This document shows positions 43,701-55,700 of a stretch of DNA of 64,000 nt, piece by piece. The stretch is from NCBI GenBank assembly GCA_040954595.2, contig CM082588.2, positions 9,098,844 to 9,162,843 on the forward strand, read 5' to 3'. The position numbers were made by a program, and so were the translations under genes. The notes under the pieces were generated by a model. That model was not told where the DNA came from and ran no database searches. It saw only the letters and a list, made by a program, of their open reading frames with translations. Each line of letters opens with the position of its first letter. Position 1 is the stretch's first letter. The stretch comes from Balanoglossus misakiensis (Eukaryota > Animalia > Hemichordata).

Positions 43701-46700
43701 AAAGAAAAGGGGATCTAAATTAGTGAATAATTGTGTTGTTTCACAAACCTTGAACTTGATAGAGACATCCTCAGGACAGGCAACAACTGAGTAGGATACA
43801 AGAAGAGATGAAGGACTTTCACCATCTGACAAGATGTTGTAAGCATCCTGACTTAGAACCAGACCATCTTCATCACTCATGCAGTACGGGTACATGCACA
43901 TGTCTGTTACCCGGACAACTACAGATACATCATTTGAACCAATCACGTTCAGGCATTGCCCGCAAACCTGCAATTACACAAACCAAAAAACTCCTTTAGA
44001 CAACACTGGAAATACTACAGTATGCAGTTTTTTTCAAGTACATTTAGTGATTATATCAATCTTGGGTGAGAAATTTAAAAAAATACAGTGCAACACACAA
44101 AACAAGACAAAATAAAATCATTCATAACAATGTTACAAATCACAATGAGAAATTGGAGACAATCTGGTCAGTATTGACACTGGAGCAAAACATTTACCGG
44201 TACATAGACTTTCAAGAACCTAACTTTATACTTACATGTGAATCTTGAAAATTGGTCATACCAGCAACCATACTTGTGTAGAATGTTCCAAATGAACAGG
44301 TACCATCAGTTGGTGTCTCACTGTACTTCTCACAAGTTGCGTTTACAAAAGTCTCAAAGGTTCCACAATCTCTACTGACTGTAAAATCAACAACACAAGC
44401 AAGATATTCTTTGCTGCAAGAAGAGTTAATATCCTAAAATGGGTTTGTGTGGTACATTTTCTAATCTGGTGAAATGTGTTTGAGTGTAAGCTTTTATCAT
44501 TTATTTACAGGTATGGGACCTTGTACAGTGGTGATATATCATCTACAATGAAGACCAATTGATGATGTACATGTACAGCAGAGAAATTTCCTGATTTGTG
44601 CTGCTTTCTGATACTGAAACACATATCGACTAGCCATGTTCGGATAACAGCATACGTTTGTGTCCCCTCGGGAATGCAAATTACCCCCAAAACAATCTGT
44701 TTCCATCGGCCTTCAGCCTCTAAAAACAGACTGTTCTGGGTTGACTCACAGTCCCTTAGGGAAACAAATGTATGCTGTTGCCCTCACTGCCAGTCAATAT
44801 GCACAGTTTATCGGTACACACACACATTCAGCAGAAGCCATAATATTGTTCAGTAATTGCAATGTATATTACTATATATGTGATAATGGGGCAAGACTTG
44901 ACTAGCGCTATGCTATGTTTCTTACTCCATATTGCCAATGTAAAAAAATAGATATACTGGTATACGGTATTAAGTATTTACCATATCTCTGCCACAAAAT
45001 ATATTCCTTTCTTAAATTGTGGCAATAAAAGGACAAATACTGATATGAATACGAATTATACGAATACACAGTATAATTACCTGTTGATACATCATGAGAA
45101 GGTGTCACTGGTTTTGTTGTTGATATTTTAGTTGAAAGTGGTGCACTAGTAGTTTCAGATGTTGTAAATTCTTTATCTGAATCTGTCGTTGGTTTTCTTT
45201 CAGTCACAGTGATTGCCTGCGTTGATGGCGCCTCATAACCTGCATATGGAAATCAAGTCATTCTGCATTAAAATATGTGAGATTCCATAGATCTCACTAA
45301 TGATTATTTAATATCAATTATTTAATATAACTATATGATAAATAACTTGACTGGAATGGAATTTGGATGTTATTGCTACATTTTGCTACACAACCTATTA
45401 CTGATGTACACACAGAACGTAAACTTGTAAACTGCGCAAATTCGTGCACATTTGTCTCTTCGCATGGGATTAGATTGATATAAACTCACTACTATTGTCA
45501 TTTTCATGACAATTTAGCTCAGTTAAATGAAAATAAATTCATTGGTCAAATAAAATTGTATGGTCACCACAGTCTATTCAGAGATAAATATCGTTAAATG
45601 TTTTTGGGTAAAGAAATGCTGACTCAGCTGTTTGTTTGTTTTTCAACTACACAAGGCCATGACTAAATTCAAGCATGGTGACTCCTGTATTATACAGCTT
45701 TTCATTATGCTAACAAATGAGAAACCAAAAATCCACAATTAAAAGAAATGAGATACTATCACTTCCACTGAGAGGACATCTGTAAAGTAAACTTGTCATA
45801 TTGTTTTCAGATATTCAGTTGATGTTTGTACTTGACGTACCTGTTGCATCTCTTGTTTGAGCATCAGTGTGTACTCTTGCCGTCGTGGTTACCAAATCAT
45901 CTGTGTGTACTTTTGTCGCCGTGGTTGCCACATCATCTGTGTGTACTTTTGCCGTTGTGGTTACCATGCCATCTGTCTGTGCTCTCTTGGTGGTTCTCAT
46001 AACATCTGTGTCTGCAGCTGCTGTGGAGATTTTCATCCGCAATGTGGTCACTTCTTCCTCTTCTGTTGCAGCTCTGTCAGTTCCATCCATTTCTGTCGTC
46101 CCAAGCTCTGCAGTTGACATGTCTGTGACCGTTTCCGTTTCTATGACAATGGAGGCAATAGAGGTTATGCTGATTGAATTCTGTTTGTCAAGTTTCACTT
46201 CAACATTCAAATAGCTTTTAAAGCCTCTCTGTTGTTTTGGAAGCGGGCATTCTGAACCATTTCTCCATATATCACACTACATGAACATAGAAGTTATCAC
46301 GGTACTGTTTCAGCACACCACGATGTTTATAAGAGCAGTATATACACACCAGTAGTTGTAGTAGAAGGTGTTGTTGGCAACACAGTCACAACATCTCCTT
46401 CACACATCAAAGGGTTTGGATGGCTTGGTGTGAATCCATAGTCACAACTGAATGACACTATAGAACCAATGTCGAAATCATTGCCATGTCTCTGACCGTT
46501 GACTGGTGTACCAGGATCTTGACATTCTCCTGAGGTCAAGAAGCAAAGTATCTTATCAATATTAAATCATCAACTCAGACAGAAGTCATTCCTTACAAAA
46601 ACATTCTATATACATCATTCTACAGAATTCATTAGCCTTTTGAATTTCTATATAAGTTTAAATTATTTCTATGGACATCTATATATTTGTATGTAGTTTT

Positions 46701-49700
46701 CGAAGTTGCTTAAAATGTTTTTCGGAAATAACGATGCAGTGAAATACAAGAAAGTGAAAAAGTAGTAGTCGCAGTGTAACAGTCGCCTTTTTTGATATTG
46801 CGAAAATTTCTGGCCCAAAAATTCCCCATTTTACACTGTATTCAAACAACACATTGTGTGTGAATGTCATGAATTTCATCAGAGTATAACTATTTTTCAA
46901 ACAGAAGTGGTTGCTTCTCTGAAAGAAATATTCTTTTCTATGTTACCCTGGGCAACACATCTTGGTCTGGTGCCATTCCATGTTCCATCTTCAGTGCAAT
47001 ATCTCCTGGTGTTACCAAGTGCTTCATATGCCATGTTACACTGGAGTGTAGCAACACTATCATACCAAGTGCCATCACTATATTCCCATGAGCCATCTTC
47101 AATCACAGTCAACAAACCACAGTCAACACCTAGAAATAATAATAGTGAGTTCTTATATAGCGCACATATTTTCTTTGAAGTATTGAAGTCTGTTTCTATT
47201 GAATTCTATAGAAATGATAGAATCTATAGAATGACAATTCAGAGTTTTGCCGTGGTGATCTTCGGTACAATATGCATTAAAGTTATGTAGCACTCTTTGA
47301 TCAACAGTTGAAATTACAGCATGAGCTTGAAATCTTCCACGAGTGCATCTGAAGAAGGGGACTACATGTTCCCGAAAGCTCATGCTGTAGTTTCAACTGT
47401 TGATCAAAGAGTGCTCCATAACTTTAATGCGTATTGCAATCTATAGAATGCAAAAGAATTCTGAGGAATATAAGGTATAGCATTATTCATTCCTGTTACT
47501 CACGTTGACAGACAGGAGGAGAGGAATTCCATCGGTAATCACCATCTTGACTGCTGTAGGTACACACTCTGACATGGCTACCATATAAGTTGTATCCAAT
47601 GTCACAACTATAGGTCACTTCACTCTGATAGTTGTAGTTGGGGTCATTGACCTCGTAGCTGCCATGATCAATACTCTCTGGTTCACTGCAGACAGCAGCT
47701 GTAGAAAATACACGTAGAGTTGAGTTGAAGGAAGAGCCTGGGATAAATCTGTAATCACTTTTTAAGGGACAAAGTCTCTCTCTCGCTGCCCTTTTTCCAT
47801 TAATTATATTTAATACAAGACACCGTTTGTGTTATTCTACATGTGGATATGTAGTGAATCAACGTTCAACCACACACAACTTCCATACGCCAAATTCTAT
47901 TGTTCTCGATGCCAGATGTATAATAATATCAAGGTTTTCTGATTAAAAAAAAAAATATTGACTTACGTGTGCAAGTTGGAAAGTCCGCATCATACTGGCC
48001 TTCCACTGTACACAACAGAGTGGACTGTCCATTCAGTTGAAAACCCTCCAAACAATAGAATGTAATGGTGCTATTGAACTCCACCAGAATATCACCAGTT
48101 TCCTCTATGTTCCAGACTAGGGATCCTTCACGTGGATTTGGAATAGGGATTGGGTTGGAAATGTTGGGTACAATACACGTCACGGCTGTACAAGATTAGG
48201 AATAAGAAGAGAATATTGGTGAAGTACACACAAATTAATATATGTTTTTATAGAATGACAAACTATAGCCATTACATAGAACACTAAATGTCAATCTTTG
48301 TACTATTCGTACATGAAACTTTTCTTTCAAATACAACTTACAGACCAACATAGACAGTCATGCTTATATAAGTATGACTATCTATTAAAGTAACATTCAT
48401 ATCATGATTGTTGTTTTACACTGTGTTTTCAAAGTAATAATTGTTGCAGTAAACCAATTGCCTTGCTTGGAAATATTAAAAGGGAAGTCCAGTCCAGCTG
48501 ATTTATGCATAATTTCTACACAATGTTTTTTTCTGAAAGAATAACCTCAAAGCTACCAAATTATGTAGCTGAACCGGACTTCCCCTTTAAATGCTACCAG
48601 TGAGCTTGTTTGTCTTTGTAAATACACGACAAGTATTAATCCCCTTTTCCTCAGAATTCAATGCATGTTCATGCCATAAGGTGAGAGCACACTTTTGTTA
48701 GCAGGAGGGAAACAAATCCAAAATGAATAATAACGGTGCAAAGTTGGTCTGCTGAGTTTCTCCACATTTCATAACTGAATTACGGCAAAATTATGAAATC
48801 CAATTATGAAATTCAGCCATTTGTCCAATTTTTGTCGCTGCAAATTCATTGCGGTATAAAGGTCAATAATATGACAAATATTGGTTAAAGGTATACAGTC
48901 ACCTCCAATTTATATATGCCCATATATGGCTGAAATGGCGTATTAGAGCCTTCTAAAGAACATATCGTGGCGCTCTTTTTTCACGTGTACCTCCCACTGA
49001 AAGTCTGTGATTGGCTAGATTTCAATTTTCCATGGTTACTATTATAGCTAATTTTCCATGGGTGATCATATACCTTTAACTCTATAGTTTAACATGATAC
49101 TTACGAACACATGATTGGTTAAAAGTGTAGACATCATACATTGAGAGACCAGTTTCTCCAGGTGGCAGATAGAATCCACCTGTGCCGTTATTTGCATATA
49201 AGAGATAGCCTTCTTCACAGGAACATTGAAAACCACCTGCAGTGTTTTCACAAAGTTGATCACAAGAATGTGAAGCACATTCATTTATATCTACAAAGTA
49301 GTAAAGAAGGAACATGGGTTGGATTAAAAAATTGCATTAAGGATGTACGTTCAGTAATTTGTGCCACACCTTTCCAAAAGTGTCTGATCAGTGTAAAATT
49401 CAGCTGAATTTAGTGGGGGGGGGGGATATCAGTGAAAAATTCAGCAATTTTTGGGAGAAAAAAAGTCTGTGAAATAATTAGTTGAACATTTCCTTCTACA
49501 AAACAGTTCAGCTGATATTTTAGAGAAAACAGATGAACATTTCCAGGAAATGACTGTTTTTAGGTTGTGAATGAACTTAAAAGATAAATTACGATAAAGT
49601 TGTGTCAAGGTGATGGCAAAACTTTAATATGTCTGTTGAAGAAAATTTAAAATTACAAGGAAATTCTGAAAATTTATCCAGATAGTTTGGAATGTGTTAA

Positions 49701-52700
49701 ATGTGAATAGTGACTTGAAGTTACGTTGTATGTGACTGGTTATGTCTCACCTTTGCATGCTGTTCCATTCACATCCGGTTCAAATCCCACCAGACATGCA
49801 CATTGATAGTCACCATCTCTATTTTCACAGACTTGATTGATTCCACATGGTGCCACCAATGTACTACATTCATTGATATCTGAAATGTTATTCATCACGA
49901 TATGATCAAAATCCCAGAGGTCCAAGGCGAAAATTCGGACCAACAAGTTTAGCTGGGTATTAGACCAACGGGAAATTTTCGCAAAACAGTAAATTTTTAC
50001 GCTAGAGAGCCAAAAAAGACGTAGTGAAAATAAAAATTCGCTTAAAAATGTTTTTCAGTGATGACAATGCAGTGAAATACGAGAACATGAAACTTAATCG
50101 TCTCGTAACAGTTTCTGCTTTTTATATTGCGAAAATTTCCGGTCGCAAAAATTTCCTGTAGCGATAAAGGGCACTTATATGAGGATATTAAAACTCAGGG
50201 GGTGGGGGTGAGGGGTGGGGGAATTATGCAGTCACGTACTGGCCGAACAATTGGAGGTTGTAGAATATAAGGTTATTCACAAAATACCGGGATTTATGTC
50301 CGAGTACATCGTGCAGCGCAGGTATTGTCCGAGACGCGCAGCGTCGAGGACAATACCGAAGCGTACGATGTACGAGGACATAAATCCCGGTATTTTGTGA
50401 ATAACCTTATTATTATACACCTTTTCCGAACGTTCTTCATGAACGATAAAGAATAAATAGGCCGCTATCGGACTTTCTAGTTTTCAGACGCCGCCATGAA
50501 ATAATTTGCATATCGAACGCGCCTTGACCTCGTGCATCAGGTGATGCTAGTGTCGAGCTGCCGATGTCTCGCGCGCGACGTTCTACGCTGCTTGCGCTGA
50601 ACGCGCTCGCCTGTTCGTTCACAGATTGCTTCGACTGAAATTTCAGCGTGGATTTTGACTTATTTCGCATCTTGGGTCACCAATAATTTTGTTTAATAAC
50701 GGCTGTGTACTTTTTATATAAATTTTTGTCAGAGTAGGGTTAATATCATTGTTTACATTGATCACCGGTCCTGTGAGGTCAAAGTCACAATGCGTCCAAT
50801 AACCCTGTGGGTTATGGGACTCCGCGTCCTCATTTGAATAATTATTGTACAGTGATACCGCGAATTATTGTATCATGGAACTCCATAGGTTACAGCAGTA
50901 GGTGTATAATAATAATTAATTATCCAAAGATTAGTGGGTGGTCAAACTAATGGAGCAGTCGAATTACTGGAGTGATTACAATAACTCAGGCCAAAAAATG
51001 AAATGTTTCTGGTCAGCGCGTGGGTCACTTGAATAACAGCACGTCACACCCATTTTTTTCCTGGTTTGTGGTGGCGGCCACGGCAAACTCAAACTGCTTC
51101 AACTAGATATAAATCACTGGACATTTTGGGGCGTGTAATCAGTGATGGCATGAACAACTTGTACATAGAACTATATTGATACAACTATAAAACTGACCGT
51201 CCTTCTTCCCTGGAGAGAAATTTTTATTTTTTAAATTTGCGTCCCCCCACCAGTTTTTAAAGAAGGGTCTGACCAGAAACATGTCCTCTTTTTGGCCTAA
51301 TAAGCAGACAATCACATGAAGACCAATCATGATGTGAACTTACCAATGCATGATGGTATTGCATCATTCCACTGTAAATCTGATTGACAAGTCAGATAAT
51401 CAGCACCATTTAATTCATAGCCAGCATCGCAATAGAATGTGATGTTGCTGCCCATATAATATGGTCCACTATCTGGGACAGCTTGTAAATGTTGGTCTGT
51501 TATGAGTATATCACTGCAGTTTAATCCTGCAAGTAAAAATAAAATAAAACATCTCAATGGATTATGTGGATGCAGACTTAATTGTGGTACATGTATCAGG
51601 TACCTATATGCTGTAACAACATTTTCACCCCAAGTTCCCTCTATAAAGGTCCAGATTTACCATAGAAATCAATGGATTTTCCGATTACATGGTATTCAAA
51701 AATAGGGTAGGTAGGCAGAAGTATTCATAAACGTTATACCTTGGTATGGTACTGTATTTTTCAGTGTGAATAAGATAAAAACGCAAATTTTCTTAAATTA
51801 CCGCGGAGCTCTTTCTTTATGTCACTCATTCCTAACAATGAACGGATTAAGATATGGGGCCTGTTTATAGTATAGTTAGGCCTTTAAATGACTTACGTTG
51901 ACAGTATCCCGGATCTCCAATCCAAGATCCATCTTCACCACATGTAGAGACAGTGTAGCCAGTCAGACTGTAGCCAGATGGACATGAGTAGGCAATGGTT
52001 GTTCCAAAAACCAATGAATCACCATTAACAATTTCATATGATAAGTAGTTGTCTACATTCGGTGGTGGACACTCACGAGCTGTTTGGTTAAGATTAACAG
52101 ATAACATCACAAGTAAGTTACTACTAGGAAAATTGTTTAAAGGGACATTACATGTAGCAGTAACTCTCACAATCTTGCATATTTTCAAGCTACCAGTGTC
52201 TGGTTTAACATTCAGAGTGTAATGTCCCAATTAGACACCCATGTGGAATGTAGCAACCAGCACAAAGTGCCCCATCATAACGCTATGGAGAGAATTTCAA
52301 CTTGAGTCAGTGATTTTTATGAAAACATGACAGCTAGTGAACACCCTGTGTTATACTTTGTTTTCAAAACGACTCCTCACACACTTTAAAGCCTCTAGAG
52401 CTGCCAAATTTCACAATTTTTTTCTTTTCCACAGTAAAACCCTTCAAATCTATGGTGATGCATACCACGATAGCTAGCTGCATACTGTTTGTATGGAGGC
52501 TGATTTTAATAAAATGGGTACGGCACCTGTTTAATACATTGCGCGTTTAAATTGCAACATGCAGCCACAATCAGGCATTGATAACCTGTTCCTGTATACC
52601 TATCAGTAAGCTTAATTATTTCAATGTACCAATCTACGTCGGAAAATAAAATCTGAAAATAAATGCAAAAAGTGGCAGCTCTAGAGGCTTTAGGTGTGCA

Positions 52701-55700
52701 CTACAATGACAGTTTAATTGTTTTCAAAAATATCAACTTACGCTCGCATTGGGGCACAAGCGGACCCCAGACACCATCTGCTTGGCATTCCAATGAAGTC
52801 ACATTATTTATAAACTGATGGCCCTCAATGCATTGATAATAAGCAATTCCACCATACACTGTACTGGTAACATTGGTAAGAATTCCATTGCTGCACTCAG
52901 GGGGTCCACCACATGTTATTCCTAAAAAATAAACAACAAATTAGTGTCATTCAAGTTGTTGCTAACAATAGCTTCAAGAGACAAATTAAGTCTCTCTTAT
53001 CACTGCACTTTTTTCATTAATTATCTTGGATACAAGACACCAGGCTAGGCATATTGCATAGCTGGTACGACTTATACACGGCGAAAATGTTTTTTTTTTC
53101 TGAAAGAGTGACCTCAAAGCTACAAAATTATGTAGATATCAGCTAGACCGGACATCCCCTTTAACTACTGGATTCGGTCCTACCAATTCTTAACTATCAA
53201 TCACGTGATCTGGCCATGTGACCCACGGCGTTGTCATTTCCAGGTGACGGGCAAACAATATTTCGGCATCCAGTAAAACTTTTTCCGAGTATGTTTATAC
53301 TTTTGAACCGCCAGACACGTAACATGTATCAGGTATGGTGCCTCATCAGCCTCATGGCGTTTCATCTGCACTGTCTTTGTCTGCACCACGTTGTTGATGT
53401 TGCCCGTCATCTGGAAATTTGAATGCCAACGGAACTACGTCTGACGTCATTTGATATCAAAGAATAGTGCACTATTGCCTTACTTTGACATGCTGGTAAC
53501 TTGAGAGGATCTTCTTCATTCCAGTTTCCACCAAAGAGACAAGTGAGAGAAGAGACAGTACCAGACACTTTCTGATAACCATCCAAGCATTGGAATGAGA
53601 CAGTGACATCATAGCTTCTATCATCTGTACTGGTCACCACGCCCTCACCGATCACAATATCGGGACAGTCTGGCAGACGAAACATAATGATTAGAATGCA
53701 CGCAGACAAATACTTTGACTCATAAATGTGAGTTGTTTTAAAGTAAAGGGGTCGTCGCACCACAATTTTTCCTCAAGTCCCTGAAATTAGATCATTCTTA
53801 GAACATTTTGAACAAAGCATATTCAAAAATCTTTGCACCTTTCACTTAATGACTCTAAATCACAAGGAATAATGGGAGTGTGTGTTTCTAAGAATTCTGT
53901 AACATCTTTTTCTGAAATGTTAGTAAGTTATGTATACCTGGTGAAAATGACGCCCTGAATCCTTTAGCTGGTCGTGTTCTACTACTCCTGAACACAACCG
54001 ACAAGTGTCCAATGTCTGTACGGCAATTGGGTGGTGGCAATGTGCCATCAATGACTTCATCAGAATTGCCACTCCATGGACCAATAATGACATCATCATC
54101 ACTCTCAGTACCATTGTATACCTTCAGAAACAAAGACAAATTAAGCATGCATTGTAGATACCGTAAAACGGGAAATGTTCCCAACAGGAAATTTTCCCGA
54201 TATAAAAAGCGGCTATTGTTACACAACAATTAATTTTCACATTGTCATATTTTACTGCATTGTTATCTCTGAAAAAAAGCATTTTAAGCGACTTTTTATT
54301 TTCATATTTTTTGGTTCTCACATAGTTTGCGAAAAAATTTATCGTTCACAAAATTTTTATAGTATTCAATCCTTGTTGCATTTCCTGCTGTAATAGCTAC
54401 TCAATATACTGTAAACTGGGAAATTTTCGCAAACAATAAATTTTCGCGATCTACGTGAGAGCCATCAAAACATGAAAATAAAAAGTTGCGTAAAAATGTT
54501 TTTCGGGGATAATGATGCAGTGAAATACAAGAACGTGAAAATTTATTGTTGCATAACGCTTGCCTCTTTTGATATTGCGAAAATTTCATGTTGCAAAAGT
54601 TTCCCGTTTTACAGTATATATGTGATTAATTAAATTTCCAAATTGTGTTCCAAAGTTGTATAGTTTGAAGTAATGTCTGACAAAATTGTCAAACTAAAAT
54701 CACTGCAAAATAATATGACAAACTTTTTAATATGACAAGTATTTTTAACATGGCTGACTCATGATCATATCTGATACTCACAATGATGTAATCAACATCT
54801 GTGTTCCTCTCTAATCCAAAGTTCTCATCAAAGATAAGAGTTAATGGTCTTCCAGTTGGTTCCTTGATTACCCAGCTACACATAACATCATCAGGGTAAG
54901 TGCTAACATCATAGCCTGGTGACTGAATCGTACCAAAACTACGCAGAATATCAATTCCCTGGCAACCTTTGAAGAAAAAAATACCAAACAAGAAATAATG
55001 AATTCAATCCACAGGTTTGTATCGTAGCCCCTACACGACAATTTCAATTTATTATTTTGAAAGTTAAACTTTAATTTTAGATAGACAATATCTTTTCCCA
55101 AAAAGTAAACTTTAATTTTGGTGGCGGCAACTAATTTTGATTGACAAAACTTTTTGATTTTGACAGTAAAACTTTAATTTTACTTATCACAAATTTTATT
55201 TTAGAGAACCAAATTTATTTTTCGAAAGTAAATGTTATTTTTTCAAAGAATAATATTTTAATAAAGATTTATTTTGTCCAAAATAAACAGTAACAACTTG
55301 AGATAAATTTATTCATACTACGTGGATTTTTTTTTCAAAAAGAAATGTTTTACTTTTTAAAGAAAAAGTTTATTTTGTAAAATTGCAAATTATTTTTCCC
55401 AGGTGAAAATATTTTACGGAGTTAAATTTTAATTTACATTTAAATAACCTTTAAACACTCGAGATAAAATTATCTGTACTCGATGGAATTATTTTACTTT
55501 TTAAAACAAAATGTTTTTATTGCTTAAGAAAAAAAAATATTTTCTAAAGTAACAAATCATTTTTCCCGGGTGAAAATTTTATTTTACAGGGGTAAATATA
55601 ATATGATTTCTAGTAACACAACTTATGGGGGCGCTCTTTCTATATCTAATGCTACTGACAAACTTTTGTTATGAGGGCGCAATTCAGGTTTCGGCGTGCG

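Noticed and set aside
36411-44378. Bacterial contamination or misassembly as the source of the expansin-like sequence
   Set aside because: The modules are split by GT-AG introns containing host MITEs and are phase-matched to flanking animal exons
46141-46276. Open frame upstream of the mucin exon ([13 protein letters not shown]) as the missing Sushi end
   Set aside because: The acceptor that would include the Trp is phase 0, incompatible with the phase-1 donor; the stronger acceptor is at 46140. A weak alternative acceptor cannot be excluded without RNA data.
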